Below are positions 13,631-25,365 of a DNA stretch of 64,000 bases, piece after piece. A program made the position numbers and the translations under genes. Numbering within the stretch: position 1 is the stretch's first letter; every line of letters starts with the position of its first letter. The DNA is from Octopus sinensis (Eukaryota), in the NCBI RefSeq assembly GCF_006345805.1, contig NC_042998.1, positions 191,828,001 through 191,892,000 of the forward strand, given 5' to 3'. The notes beneath the pieces were generated by a model. That model had not been told where the DNA came from. It saw only the letters and a program-made list of their open reading frames with translations, and did not search any database.

Positions 13631-14085
13631 GGGCAGATTTGTATGTTTTGCTTCATGCTTGTATTCCCATGCATATAGTTGCATAACTAGACATTCTGAT
13701 ATATATTTAAATGATGAACCTTTTAGTTCCAGATTTTTACACTTCCAGTGATGGATTGGGTTTGTAGTTTTCGAATTAGCTTTCTCCTTTCTGGTTTTGA
13801 CAAGCCTAATTTCTCGAGACTGGTATTTAGGCAGTGTGTTACATATCAGGACCACAATAATTACAGGTATAAACCTGAACCTGTAATCTCGATGGAGTAA
13901 GTGCAGATTTCTAAATAGTTGAGCGTAGGTACTCTCTTTTTCACTGATCTTCAGCCTTGTGGTAACTTCCACTGGGCAGCTAATTTCCACAAATGTTCGC
14001 AGTTTCTCTTCGCTATCCCAAATAATTATATCAGGTCTGTTGTCCTTACATTCTATTACGGTCTTCACTGACATAACAGCTTTGC
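13631..14085 (-). mobile_element. R4/Dong-like RLE retrotransposon, 3' fragment (endonuclease and 3' UTR)
   Basis: DNRPDIIIWDSEEKLRTFVEISCP...KISEKESTYAQL...RFRFIPVII; flanked on both sides by (CATA)n. Confidence 0.85.
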
Positions 14086-14205
14086 TATGTATGTATATAT
14101 GTATGTATGCATGCATGTATGTGTGTATGTGTGTATGTACGTATGTATGTATGTATGTATGTATGTATGTATGTATGTATGTATGTATGTATGTATGTAT
14201 GTATG

Positions 14206-15235
14206 TGGAGATTTGTATGTTTTATGTATATATTCTCATGCACATAGTTACATGTCTAGACATACTCATATATATTTAAATGATAAACATCTGGAAAGTT
14301 TTACAGATTTTTATAGTTTCAGTGATGGATTGGATCTGTAGTCTTCGAATTAGCTTATTTCTCAAGATTGGAATTTAAGCACTGTATTACATTTCTTAGG
14401 TCCCCAATAATTACAGGTATAAATATGAACTCGTAATCTGAATAGAGAAACTACATATTTCTCAATAGGTTTCTCTTTTTCACTGATCTTCAGCTTTATG
14501 TTAACATCTGCTGGGTAACTAATTTTCACAACTGTACACAGTTTCTCTATTCCAAATCATTATATCAGGTTGTGATTACATTTTATTGAGGTCTTCGCTA
14601 GAACATATCACCAGTATTCCTTTTCATTGTGAGTGGCAATTGATTCTACAATATTGTGGGTTTTTATTTTTTTGCCTTCGTGAATATACTTTCATTATAG
14701 ACGGATTTCATTATAGTGTCCGAACGACAATGTCATGCCTCATCGGTAGATAATGCCGTGGTGACATTTTTGGACAACTGCTTTTGATGTGGTGACATTT
14801 TGAGTGTAAACTCCGCAAAGTCTGCATCGGTTGTCACGTTTTACAGCATCTCTATCCCTTTGTGCATCAGTTACTTGGTTGATATTTCGTGATCCTGAAT
14901 TACAAACGCATAACCTTGAAAGTGGGAGACAGTAATCTGGCTATTCGTCCATGATAATCTGCATTCATGATCGATGTTGCTACCATCACGAGCTTTCTAC
15001 TAACATATTCGTACGTAGACTTCTGCTCATATAGGCTCATCCTTCCATTTGATAAGATGATGCGGTAGTGTCTCGCGACTTCTTTGGGTAGGCATTCCAG
15101 GTTATCAGACAAAAAGTGTTGCTCAGGGAGCTGCCTTCCAAGTCTTATGATGTTATCAGCATCACGTATGGAAACTTGCTTAGGGGATGCACTTCGACGC
15201 TTGCTGGTTAAAAGACGTTGCCAAAGAGATATGAT
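14206..15235 (-). mobile_element. R4/Dong-like RLE retrotransposon, longer 3' fragment
   Basis: IISLWQRLL..DNIIRLG; SHFQGYAFVIQDHEIST; DNRCRLCG....HI.SSCPKMS..HYLPMRHD (CCHC and RHD motif). The endonuclease and 3' UTR parallel 13631-14085. Confidence 0.85.
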
Positions 15236-15498
15236 GTGTGTGTATATGTATGTATGTATGTATGTATACATGTATGTATGTATGCATGTATGTACGTATG
15301 TATATATGTATGTATGTACGTATGTATGTATGTAGGTATGTATGTAGGTAGGTAGGCAGGCAGGTATGCATATATGTATGTATGTAAATATGCATGTATG
15401 TACGTATGTATATAAGTAAACGTACACACACATGCACATACACATAAATGAATTTATGCATGTTTGTCTATTTGTATGTATTTATGTATGTATGCATG

Positions 15499-15579
<81 letters not shown>

Positions 15580-15609
15580 GTCTATCTATCTATCTGTCTA
15601 TCTATCTAT

Positions 15610-15712
15610 GTCTGGTACTTATTACATCGGTCACTTATTCAAAAATGTTAAGATGCCCGGAGGGAAACACACCAATACCAGTTGTCAAGCGGTGATGGGG
15701 AAAACACATATA
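15610..15712 (-). mobile_element. SINE family A, decayed internal fragment
   Basis: GGTACTTATT..ATCGGTC...AAACACACCAATACCAGTTGTCAAGCGGTG similarity. Confidence 0.65.
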
Positions 15713-15738
15713 CAAAATAAACTACATATATGCCTTGA

Positions 15739-16003
15739 AACCAAGTCTATGCCATTACCTGCTTAGGGTGCGGTAATCAATATATTAGCCAAACAGGAAT
15801 ACCACTCCGCCGAAGAATCATCCTTCACAAAGAACAAATCCGCCACCCACAATACAGACAGACAGACACAGGTCAGTAAACACATAGAAAGGTCTGCTAG
15901 GAACCTTGATCCTAACTTCTTAATTTTCCCCTTCTATCAATATTCATAGAACACCTCTGTACAGAAAAGAATGAACAAAGAGGCAACTTTCATCAATACA
16001 TTT
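15739..16003 (+). pseudogene. Penelope-like element GIY-YIG endonuclease relic
   Basis: NQVYAITCLGCGNQYISQTGIPLRRRIILHKEQIRHPQYRQ, frameshift, QVSKHIE...FLIFPFYQ..*.TSVQKRMNKEATFINTF: VY-CxxC-YI(G)QT-R-H..H..R..E motifs. Not in the ORF track. Confidence 0.85.
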
Positions 16004-16039
16004 GGTAGTCGCAAACTAAAAGAAGCCCGTCGTATATAT

Positions 16040-16073
<34 letters not shown>

Positions 16074-16320
16074 ATATATATTATATATATATATACATGC
16101 GTGTGTATATGTTTGTGTGTCTGTGTTTTTCCCCAACATCACTTGACAACCAATGCAGGTTTGTTTACGTCCCGGTAACTTAGCGGTTCGGCAAAAGAGA
16201 CCGATAGAATAAGTACTAGGCATACAAAGAAAAGGTCCTCGTGTCGATTTGCTCCACTAAAGGCGCTGCCTCAGCATGGCCGCAGTCAAATGACTGAAAC
16301 ACGTAAAAGAATAAAAGAAT
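16004..16320 (+). mobile_element. SINE family A, 5'-truncated
   Basis: GAAGCCCGTCG(TA)n...CTTAGCGGTTCGGCAAAAGAGACCGATAGAATAAGTACT...CAGCATGGCCGCAGTCAAATGACTGAAAC..(TAAAAGAA)2. Confidence 0.9.
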
Positions 16321-17596
16321 ATTCACTTCTAAGTATTATAATATATATAATATGAAATACGTATTTTGCTTCTAACCTCCTAACACGTTTGTGCTTCATT
16401 TAATCTCATGGTTAGATTTTAACATCATTTCGAGCTTAGTATCCTGTTAACCTTTCCTTTCAACTTGATATTTTCAAATGCTTTCTTTAGTTTTCAGTTT
16501 GTCTTAGGCTGAATTTTATTGTCATTTTCTTATAATTTAGTTATTTCCTTACTATTTTATTTCATCCTATTGTTAATGTCTTTTCTTCTTTCATTTAAAC
16601 TTACTTTTAACATTTTCTAAATCATCAGTATTTTAATAGTCTTAGAAGTAACCTTATGCGAAACTTTTTTCTAAGATTACTTCCTCCATATCTTACATCA
16701 TCAGTTTTCAAAACCTTTAATGTAATCACGAAGACATGCACTTTTCAACTGTCGCTCATTTTACTTTTTGTCTTTTCCAAGAGGTTATTTGTAGTACTTT
16801 CAATATTCCATGTCATCGTTTCTCCTCTCTGTCTCTCCCCCTCTCTCTCCACTCTCTCTTTCACTGTATACACACACATACACACACATATATATACACA
16901 CAACACGTACACATACAACTGAACGCACAAACAAGCAGCATGCTTTAATCAGTATGGTGAACCGACGTGTTTGGCTATAAATGAATAAACAAAACAAAGA
17001 ATATTCCTGAATATAAACCATGAAACATTAAATGGAGTCAAAGAACAGCACAAAAGCATGCCAAAAACTTGTACCACAATCCACTACCCGACACACGCAA
17101 TAAAACAATAGAACTAAATATTCCATCTAAACACCAATCACAGCCTGAAACGCCTCATCTTCTGCTCACACTCCATAAATCTTACGAATCATTTGGTTAC
17201 AGTTACATTCCCAACACTAATTATAGGTTAATAAACAATTTTGAGATTTCACTGAGTTTAACTGGCGAAGTGTTCGTTTCACAACCATCCGTAAGATTAG
17301 AAAGATTAGAGCTTCGGTAGTAGAGAAAACAAATAATTCGCCCATTTCAATATAGTTGATTTCTAAGCACCGTTAGCTCAACTTTTTCTGAAAACCTTAG
17401 AATTTGAGAGACGTTTACCATCGTTAGAAGCATCGAGCCCAAGATGATAAAGAAATTTTAGAAGTCTCTCATTGAGTATGTCAAATCTTACTGAGTAAAA
17501 TAGGAAAGTATTTTTTCAGCCGATATTTCAATCGGAAACGATAAATATGTAGATGCATATATACATATATATATGTGTGTGTGTGTGGGTGGGTGT

Positions 17597-17793
17597 TTGT
17601 ATCGTTGGCGATTTTTTCCCTCCGTCTTCCCTTCCTTGGATCTTTCCTTTTCCTATGTTTCCGACGAAGAGCTCCGCTTGAAACTTTAAATCCTCCTTCT
17701 TTCTTTCCTCTCCTGAGCGTCCAATAGCACTTTACTTGTTCCACGTCCTCGCGTTGTTGTGTTTTTTCTTTGTGTTTTCATGTTTGGATTAAC
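17597..17793 (+). mobile_element. Penelope pseudo-LTR-like fragment with a decayed hammerhead motif
   Basis: GTTT-CCGACGA-A-GAGC(TCC)GCTT-GAAAC at 17657-17684; downstream similarity to 33054-33212; abuts (TA)n. Confidence 0.6.
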
Positions 17794-17841
<48 letters not shown>

Positions 17842-18631
17842 GCATGTATGTCTGCATGCATATATATGCATGTGTGTATGTGCATGATGTAAAGAAATTG
17901 CGTTGTTTTTTCTAGCCACACTCTCTCCAACATTATAACCAATACACAGAAATGTCTTATCTAATACTCATCTTCATTGCATTCTATTACCTTTCTTTCG
18001 AAGTATTTTTCTTTTCTGTTTTTTTTTTCTTTTAGAATAATCCACCTGAATAATGGATCTTCTTGAAGACATAAAGGCTTTCACTACTTCATGGCAAAAA
18101 GAGACATGCAGCATAGAGAAACATAATTACGATCAAAACGAAAATGGAATATAATAACAAAAATGACAAAATAGAGAAACTAAATAAATCATTGCAAAAG
18201 TCGCAGGTGGATAGAAAATAGAAAATCTTGTGCAAGGAAAAATAATTTTTTTAGAAGAAAGAAGCTATGAAGAGAATTTTTGCAGAACCTTGAAGTATAC
18301 TCCCATTTTTATAATTCGATTAATGGAAAAATGAGATGTCATTATGATAAAAAAATTTCTGTACCTATAGAATATCAAAGTTTATTGTTGATGAGTAAAT
18401 TTGAGAAAATTGCTTTCTAAAATTCGATCATTACAACATAATAGATGTGCTCTTTTCAGCTTCAGCAGTTAAACAGGCAAATAGAATTAAGCAAGAAAAC
18501 TAAATTATTATTATTTCTTTGAGAATTGTCAATGACAATAGAACCTATTTACATTTATAACTACGGGCATGAAGTTTGTTTTTGGTTAATGCGCAGTTAT
18601 ATGTGCGTATAAGTGTTTGTGCGTGTGCATA

Positions 18632-18669
<38 letters not shown>

Positions 18670-19299
18670 TGTACATACGAACACACTCACACGCACTCCA
18701 CAAACACATATGTACATACATACGTCTGGATGTAATCAGTTTCACACATATCCTTATTCATAATCACACACAGATACACGTATACGTTATCGAAGCACGG
18801 ACTCGCACCTATGATTGTGTGTGCGTGTGAATACGCGTTAATGCATTTCTCCGATGCCTTATCAGTAAAAGAGGTTTTATAATTCCTTCTGATATGAATG
18901 CGTTAAAAAAAAAAATCATGCTGTTTGATCAATATAGTTTAGGATGAACTTAGGTATCAAAATCTTAAGCATAGTTTTTTTCTTAGCTAATATCATATAT
19001 TGTTATCATAGTTGAAAAACGAGTGCAAGATTGTTCGTCGTTCTTGAATATAAAAGCACACACTTTTGCCAAAATCTCTGACGAATAAGAAATATAATCA
19101 GTTACTTTCCAATAGTAGACTCACACTCAGGAGCAGCTGTGGAAAAACCATTAATTTATCTTCTCTAATTCAAAAGCTCATAATACTACAGTCAAATATT
19201 ACATACAATCATCGGTACCTCCAGACGCATGTGATATATATAATGCAGAGCTCCAGCATGGCTACAGTCTATATATATATATATATTATATATATATAT

Positions 19300-19550
19300 G
19301 TAAAATAATATGTGACAATCATTCGGTAGCCAAGATAAAAATCTGAATTTCGGATGCCGAGGTAGAAATCCCCAACACCATCTCTTCGGTTATCTAAAGA
19401 GATGGTGTTGTGGATTTCCACCTCGGCATCTGAAACTCAGAGTTTTATCTTGGCTACCGAATAATTGTCACATATTATTTTACAGATAAATTGCCTCTAT
19501 TTACATAATATTGAGGTCTCTTTCTTTCTTTTGTTATCTTACCGTTTTTA

Positions 19551-19554
<4 letters not shown>
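19300..19554 (+). mobile_element. Foldback mini-element in (TA)n (inverted pseudo-LTR plus tail)
   Basis: 19300-19386 is inverted against 19397-19483, followed by a ~70-bp unpaired extension; (TA)n on both sides. Confidence 0.8.
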
Positions 19555-19585
<31 letters not shown>

Positions 19586-20409
19586 TAGAATTCGGGTGAA
19601 AACCTTGTAATGAGGACTTAAAAGCTCTTTTACCGTTACTCGGTTACCACTTGATATCTTGCAGTGGTGTGTACTCCAGGGCTGCATACACATGCGGAAC
19701 TTCTCTTTACGTGAGATTATTACAAGGATAATATAACAGGACAGAGGTCTTATGAGGTCTTAATAGTAACTCACAACAGTTTGTTTCTACACCACACACC
19801 AGCTTCAAGTTAATGAATTTATACTCAGATATTATTCTAGAATATTCTTTACATTTACCGTATAGTTGAATACTGTTCAGCAACAGCCGTGTGAGGGTAT
19901 TTCATAGGGTGGAATAGATAAATAAAATAAATTTGCAATAATACCATCAGTAACAATAACATTTTTATTTGGCCTTTAATGTAACTACCACCGTCGCTCA
20001 AATGAGATTCATTTTGTTATATATTTTTCTTCTTTAATAATATTAGGAGCACCTTGAAGGTCGCCTTATCTCTGCTACTGCCATTGTTGTTTTGATAGTA
20101 TTATTGTAATTTTACTTTTATGTTTACGCGTGGGACCCCGAAACTTGTCAACCAGATTGGACGAATGAAATGTGTATCCTAAACAGGATGCATCAAGAAT
20201 TAACCGTATTTCACCCGATAAAGTGCCCGCACACGGTGGTTAACGATGAGTATTCAATTTTATAATAATTATAAATGATGTTCTTCAATAATGATATTTG
20301 AATATAAGCTCAGCATATTAAAGCTCTGTGTGCAGTGCAGAAACAATTGTTGTGATCTACGATTAAAGCCTGTTATCCTCCATCTTCGTTTTACGCTTAT
20401 TATCCTCTT

Positions 20410-20461
20410 ACACACACACACACATACACACATACATACACACACACAGATAGACAGATAA

Positions 20462-20534
<73 letters not shown>

Positions 20535-20578
20535 CACATGCATGCAAGCATACATACATACATACATACATACATACA

Positions 20579-20610
<32 letters not shown>

Positions 20611-20652
20611 GACAGGCAGACAGACAGACAGACATACATGCATACATATACA
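20410..20652. repeat. (CA)n-(GATA)n-(CATA)n-(GACA)n compound microsatellite
   Basis: Direct reading. Confidence 0.95.
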
Positions 20653-22129
20653 CTCGCGCATTTGTGAACAATATTTATGGAATATTACAAAATAAATTTG
20701 ACACTAAACTGAAGACCCAATACTTTTTAGTAGAGTATATATTTATTAATCTTTACCGAAAAAAAAGTGGACAGTGATTGCCAGTTTCGACTTAGAAGCA
20801 ATTACAAATTGTAACACTTGTTACCTCTAAAACGATGGAATCTTTACGGTTGGAATGCCTTTTATCATATATTTGTTCACTGAGAGTCTAAACAAAAAAG
20901 GCGACGGTTGTTACAAGAACAAATTCAGTAACATTGTCAGCAAGAACATCAATATTAATCCACATATTTACTTCACTTTGGATGCTAAATTGCAAATCAT
21001 CATTTTCAGACTAAACAGGCTAGGTATAGCAAGCAAGAGTAAATTATGTCTAGTCCACGGATATTTACATGACATATCTATGCTAGAGGCACCAGAATGT
21101 ATACGTGAGATCCTCAACTGCTCTCCACGCGATTGATGGACTTTTATAACACATGTTTTTGAGAAATATTATTCCAATATCGTATTAGGTTTTCAAACAT
21201 ACCTTAATGTGAGGAAATCTACCTACTTAGCAGAGTTATTAAAACGACTCTGTGCAGTAAAACTGGGTAATCGATAGGATAGTAATCATACAGTGATCTG
21301 AACTGTCACCCCGACTACCCAGCAAAAAATATCTTGAATTTATGCTGTGATCTCGAAATTAATATCTAACTAAACATACTTATTGCTTTACATGAAATAG
21401 AGGTATCATAGCAGGTGTTTTATTAATTTAAGTATGTTTAATTATATATCGTAGCTCTAGTTGTTCGCCATTTTTCTTTTCTGTGTAGTGATGTTGAATA
21501 CATATCAAACACCTTATAGCTATTAGTGCTTAGCGAACAGAAAGTGTTCTTATGAGAAAAAGCAGTATAACTCGTACTCATTTCTTACAAGTTGGAACGT
21601 CGCTTGTTTTCTTTTCTAAAGAATTGTGTCATTATGATGTATATTTCGGTCAAAGGTACTTAGCTTTGCATGGTTAGTATTCAGAACTAAATGCAATAAA
21701 TTCAATGCCTTTTAATTCGTCACTGAAAAAGAACAAGCGATATATTGATGGCTAAATATCTTTTCTGTGAGGAACATCAAAAAACTTAATATGCAGCGAC
21801 AGAAATCTGTTCTGATTTTCCCCATATATTACTTGTATTTCAATGTTGATCTCAAATGTCGTTGGTTATTGGAACATACTTAATTTGAGATATTGGCCTC
21901 ATGACCTACGATTACTGATGTCATGTCGATCATTTAAAAAGAATATTTTGGCTTCAAACTCAGCTGACTTGGCTATGTTTACTTGTTATTAAGAGAGAGT
22001 ATGCGTCCTTATATTTTTCTGATTGTGCGTAACTATAATTTGATATGACTAACTAGTATATAATCACATAACATCAGAGGCTTAATGTTTTAATTATGGG
22101 AGACATAAGTCAAGTTCTTCTACAATATT

Positions 22130-22532
22130 CGGACATATTGAAAAGAATTTATGATGGATGCAAGAAAGGAATTATTTTTACTCTGAGAACATAATTTAAG
22201 TTGTCGGATTTATAAACGAGGATGCAGATTACCCATATCACAACTGGATTATCGTTCAGTTATTTTACAAGAGAGATGTTACCGTTCCCCGATTTTCGGC
22301 ATATGGTTCAAATTACCCTCTTCATGTTAAATACTAAATATGATGTTCCGGATATAATATATTTCTACGATTCTATATATTATGGTTTTGCATTATATTA
22401 TTGTGTGTCGGACATAAACGGACATATTGAAAAGAATTTATGATGGATGCAAGAAAGGAATTATTTTTATTCTGAGAACATAATTTAAGTTGTGGGATTT
22501 ATAAACGAGGATGCAAATTACCCATATCACAA
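22130..22532 (+). repeat. 114-bp direct repeat pair
   Basis: 22130-22243 and 22419-22532 are nearly identical (about 3 mismatches). Confidence 0.9.
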
Positions 22533-24748
22533 AAAAACGCTGTTTGAAGGAATACTATGAGCATTTTACGTAGAAGGCCACATGTGTTTGGTAAGGGGCG
22601 CTATGTGTTTACAGGGATTGCAGTGGTTAACAGGCACATATTTTATTGCTTGCAGAAGTTGAGAAGCAAAAATGACTTAGATTTTAAAGTGCAAACGTAA
22701 ATAGTTGTAATTCACTATCACAATTTATGCAATTGTTGAGATTCATCGCCATTTTTCTTCTTATGATTCTATTTGTAAAGTTATATCAATAGAAATATGG
22801 TTCACATAACGCGTCTGCTAATAAAGAACGATTATAACATAATATACGTTTAAAATATATCTAAATATACATTAAAATATAATTGGCTAGAACATTTATG
22901 ATTCAATTAACACCAATTCAGTGTGTTATGAATATATTTTCTGACGTTGCTGTCTTAAAAGCAAGTGAGATTTCAGAATATAGTGAAGTTTATTCTTTAA
23001 AATATAACTGAAGAATATCAATTCTCTTTCTTTTAGGCTAGCATTACATTGTCGTATTTTCTAGTGTTGCAATTTACATTGAAGCTTGAAGCATTTATTG
23101 AATACAGTCACTGAGAAAAATACTTAGAACATTCATTTATCACATTTACAGAAGCCTCCAGTTTTACCAGAATATTAACGAATGTTTTGCCACATAAAAA
23201 ACAGCGGCGTGAGGTACATGTTTGATGCCAAATCAATAGTTACAAGAAAGTTCCAATTATAACCTCGAAAAATGTGTGAGACCGTAATGTAATACAAGAC
23301 GATGACTGACTTTCTGCAATGTGTTCATGGGATCTGCTATAAATCATATATAGTGACCACATATACGTGAAAGCACGTATTGAATAATATATTTCAAGAT
23401 ATAATTTTCCTCGAAGAAATATAGCTTGGTCAGGGTTGGTACGCATTTCATTAAATTGGTGCTCAATACGCTATCAGCTTCTTTAAAATTCCCATTATTT
23501 TACTACAAACATTTTCTAGGTGTTATTGAAACAGAACATTGGATTAAACAGTTAGCAAAAAATATCATATATGTTTTTTTTTACTCTAGTTTCAGCTCAG
23601 AGCTGCGTATATGCTGATGCATCGCCGTTACTTAAAAAATGTAAAATATCACTACATTATAATCATTGCTTTTAAAACCAGAAAGGATTATTCAAATTTG
23701 ATTAAATATCTACTCAGTTTAAGTGATTCAGGAATATACTATATAACTTTTAGGAATATACTATATAGCTAGAAATATAGTACCCACAAGAGTTGTTCTA
23801 TTCCGACAATAAGATCTTCACTTACATAATTAACGAACATACCTGCAACCATGATACATGGCTATGCACTATGTGAATATCTATAGGATGTAGGAGTACG
23901 TACAAAGTAGTGCCCAGAAGTGAGAACAATATCTTATGTAAGTACTCAGGTCTCAATGTCATTTCACACGACCATAGAAATGTGGAGTAAGGTATTTCAA
24001 TAAATACTCGAAGAAAAATATTATGTATCGCAAAATAACATTATGCATCTATACATTTCTTGCAAACTTTAAAACTGGACTAGTGATCTTAATATCACAT
24101 CGCAGTTTTATGGTGGTCCTTTTACAATTCGAGGCGATAGCTACAGAATGCCTACTGAATAAAAGATTCTTAAGCGTTTAAACCACGAAAATACGACGGA
24201 AAATGTCAATAATGTCACTTATCTTAAAAGAATATTATACATGTTATCAGTAGCTTTCCTAAAATATCATCGAACGGGATGTTATTGCTAAAACAACGTA
24301 AAATGATATTCATGGAAAATAATACCCGAGATGATAAACGCTTTTTTTTTCTGTCATGATGCTAGGTAAATACCTCTATTTGAACATTGAGGATATTAGT
24401 TGAGCGTTTTCACAAATAGTTCCGCTAAATAACAGAAACCACACACACACACACACAAAACCCAGTTTAATATAGTTCTTTAGATCAGAAAAGAAATATT
24501 AATATAGTAATATTGCTTAGTAGCCTTGCAAATTTGAACATTTCATTAAAATTACCGAGAGAGAGAGAATGGATATGAATAATATATAAAAGGTACAGCT
24601 TTTCGTGTCACATTATAAATTTACAAACTTGTTCAACAGGATACTTTATACAGTTCTATATTTAAGAGATGAGGAATTATGTACATTATTTATATTATTT
24701 ACATTATTTGCATTTGGCGGATACTTGTCCTCATCTTGTTTTGTTGTT

Positions 24749-24794
24749 AACACAACGTTTCGGCTGATATACCCTCCAGCCTTCATCAAGTGTC
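24749..24794 (-). ncRNA. Minimal type I hammerhead ribozyme motif (C3U variant)
   Basis: GACAC-TTGATGA-A-GGCTG(GAGGGTATAT)CAGCC-GAAAC-GTT-GTGTT. The sister copy at 25106-25117 keeps canonical GACAC-CTGATGA but has lost the 3' half. Confidence 0.75.
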
Positions 24795-24960
24795 TTTGGG
24801 AAATTCCGAACCTGTGGAATGAAGTTAAAATAACAGAGAACAGCATTGGAAAATACGATAACCAAAAGAAGCAGCATATATGCTAGGACACAACAACCTC
24901 CTAAGCAGACCGAGTGCAGATATGAATAGCATATGAGAACCGGTATTAAGGAAGCTCTAA

Positions 24961-25023
24961 GATTGTGTAGTGGTTAAGAGTACGGGCTACTAACTCCAAG
25001 ATTCCGAGTTCGGTTCCAGGCAG

Positions 25024-25025
<2 letters not shown>
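24961..25025 (+). promoter_or_regulatory. tRNA-like segment with Pol III A/B boxes
   Basis: TGTGTAGTGGTTAAG (A box), loop CTACTAA, GAGTTCGGTTCC (B box); imperfect cloverleaf, so not a functional tRNA. Confidence 0.7.
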
Positions 25026-25059
<34 letters not shown>

Positions 25060-25181
25060 TCGAAAATACCTTAGGAATGAGAACCCAGGTTCGAAATTTC
25101 CCCAAGACACCTGATGAAGGATGGAGGGTATAAACAAGATGAGGACCAATATCCGTCAAATGTAAATAAAGATACTTAATA

Positions 25182-25292
25182 TTCACTTATTTTTCGATAT
25201 ATTTAGATGAACGCCGATATCACTTTTTGACATATTTAGATGATCCCCGATATCACTTATTGTTTAACATAGTTAGATGAACAACGATATCC
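25182..25292. repeat. ~33-38-bp minisatellite, 3 copies
   Basis: TCACTT...ATATTTAGATGA...CGATA repeated three times. Confidence 0.8.
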
Positions 25293-25365
25293 ATTCTAGA
25301 ATTTGTGTTTAAAAGATTGCAAATTGAAAGTATAAGCCGTACAATAACACGTGTTTCTCTTACTC

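Larger units (their letters stand above)
24651..25170. mobile_element. Truncated Penelope-like element with inverted pseudo-LTRs, hammerhead motif and tRNA-like segment
   Basis: 24651-24814 (minus, tailed) is inverted against 25086-25170. GIY-YIG C-terminus WNEVKI../REQHWKIR*PKEAAYM..LLSRPSADMNSI*EPVLRKL* at 24815-24960. Flanking GATACTT(T/A)ATA duplication at 24640-24650 and 25171-25181. Confidence 0.85.

Noticed and set aside
24961-25025. Functional tRNA gene (ACT anticodon)
   Set aside because: Acceptor and anticodon stems do not pair well, and it sits inside a mobile element; kept only as tRNA-like.
25182-25292. Short ~35-bp periodic array resembling CRISPR
   Set aside because: Contiguous tandem units with no unique spacers.
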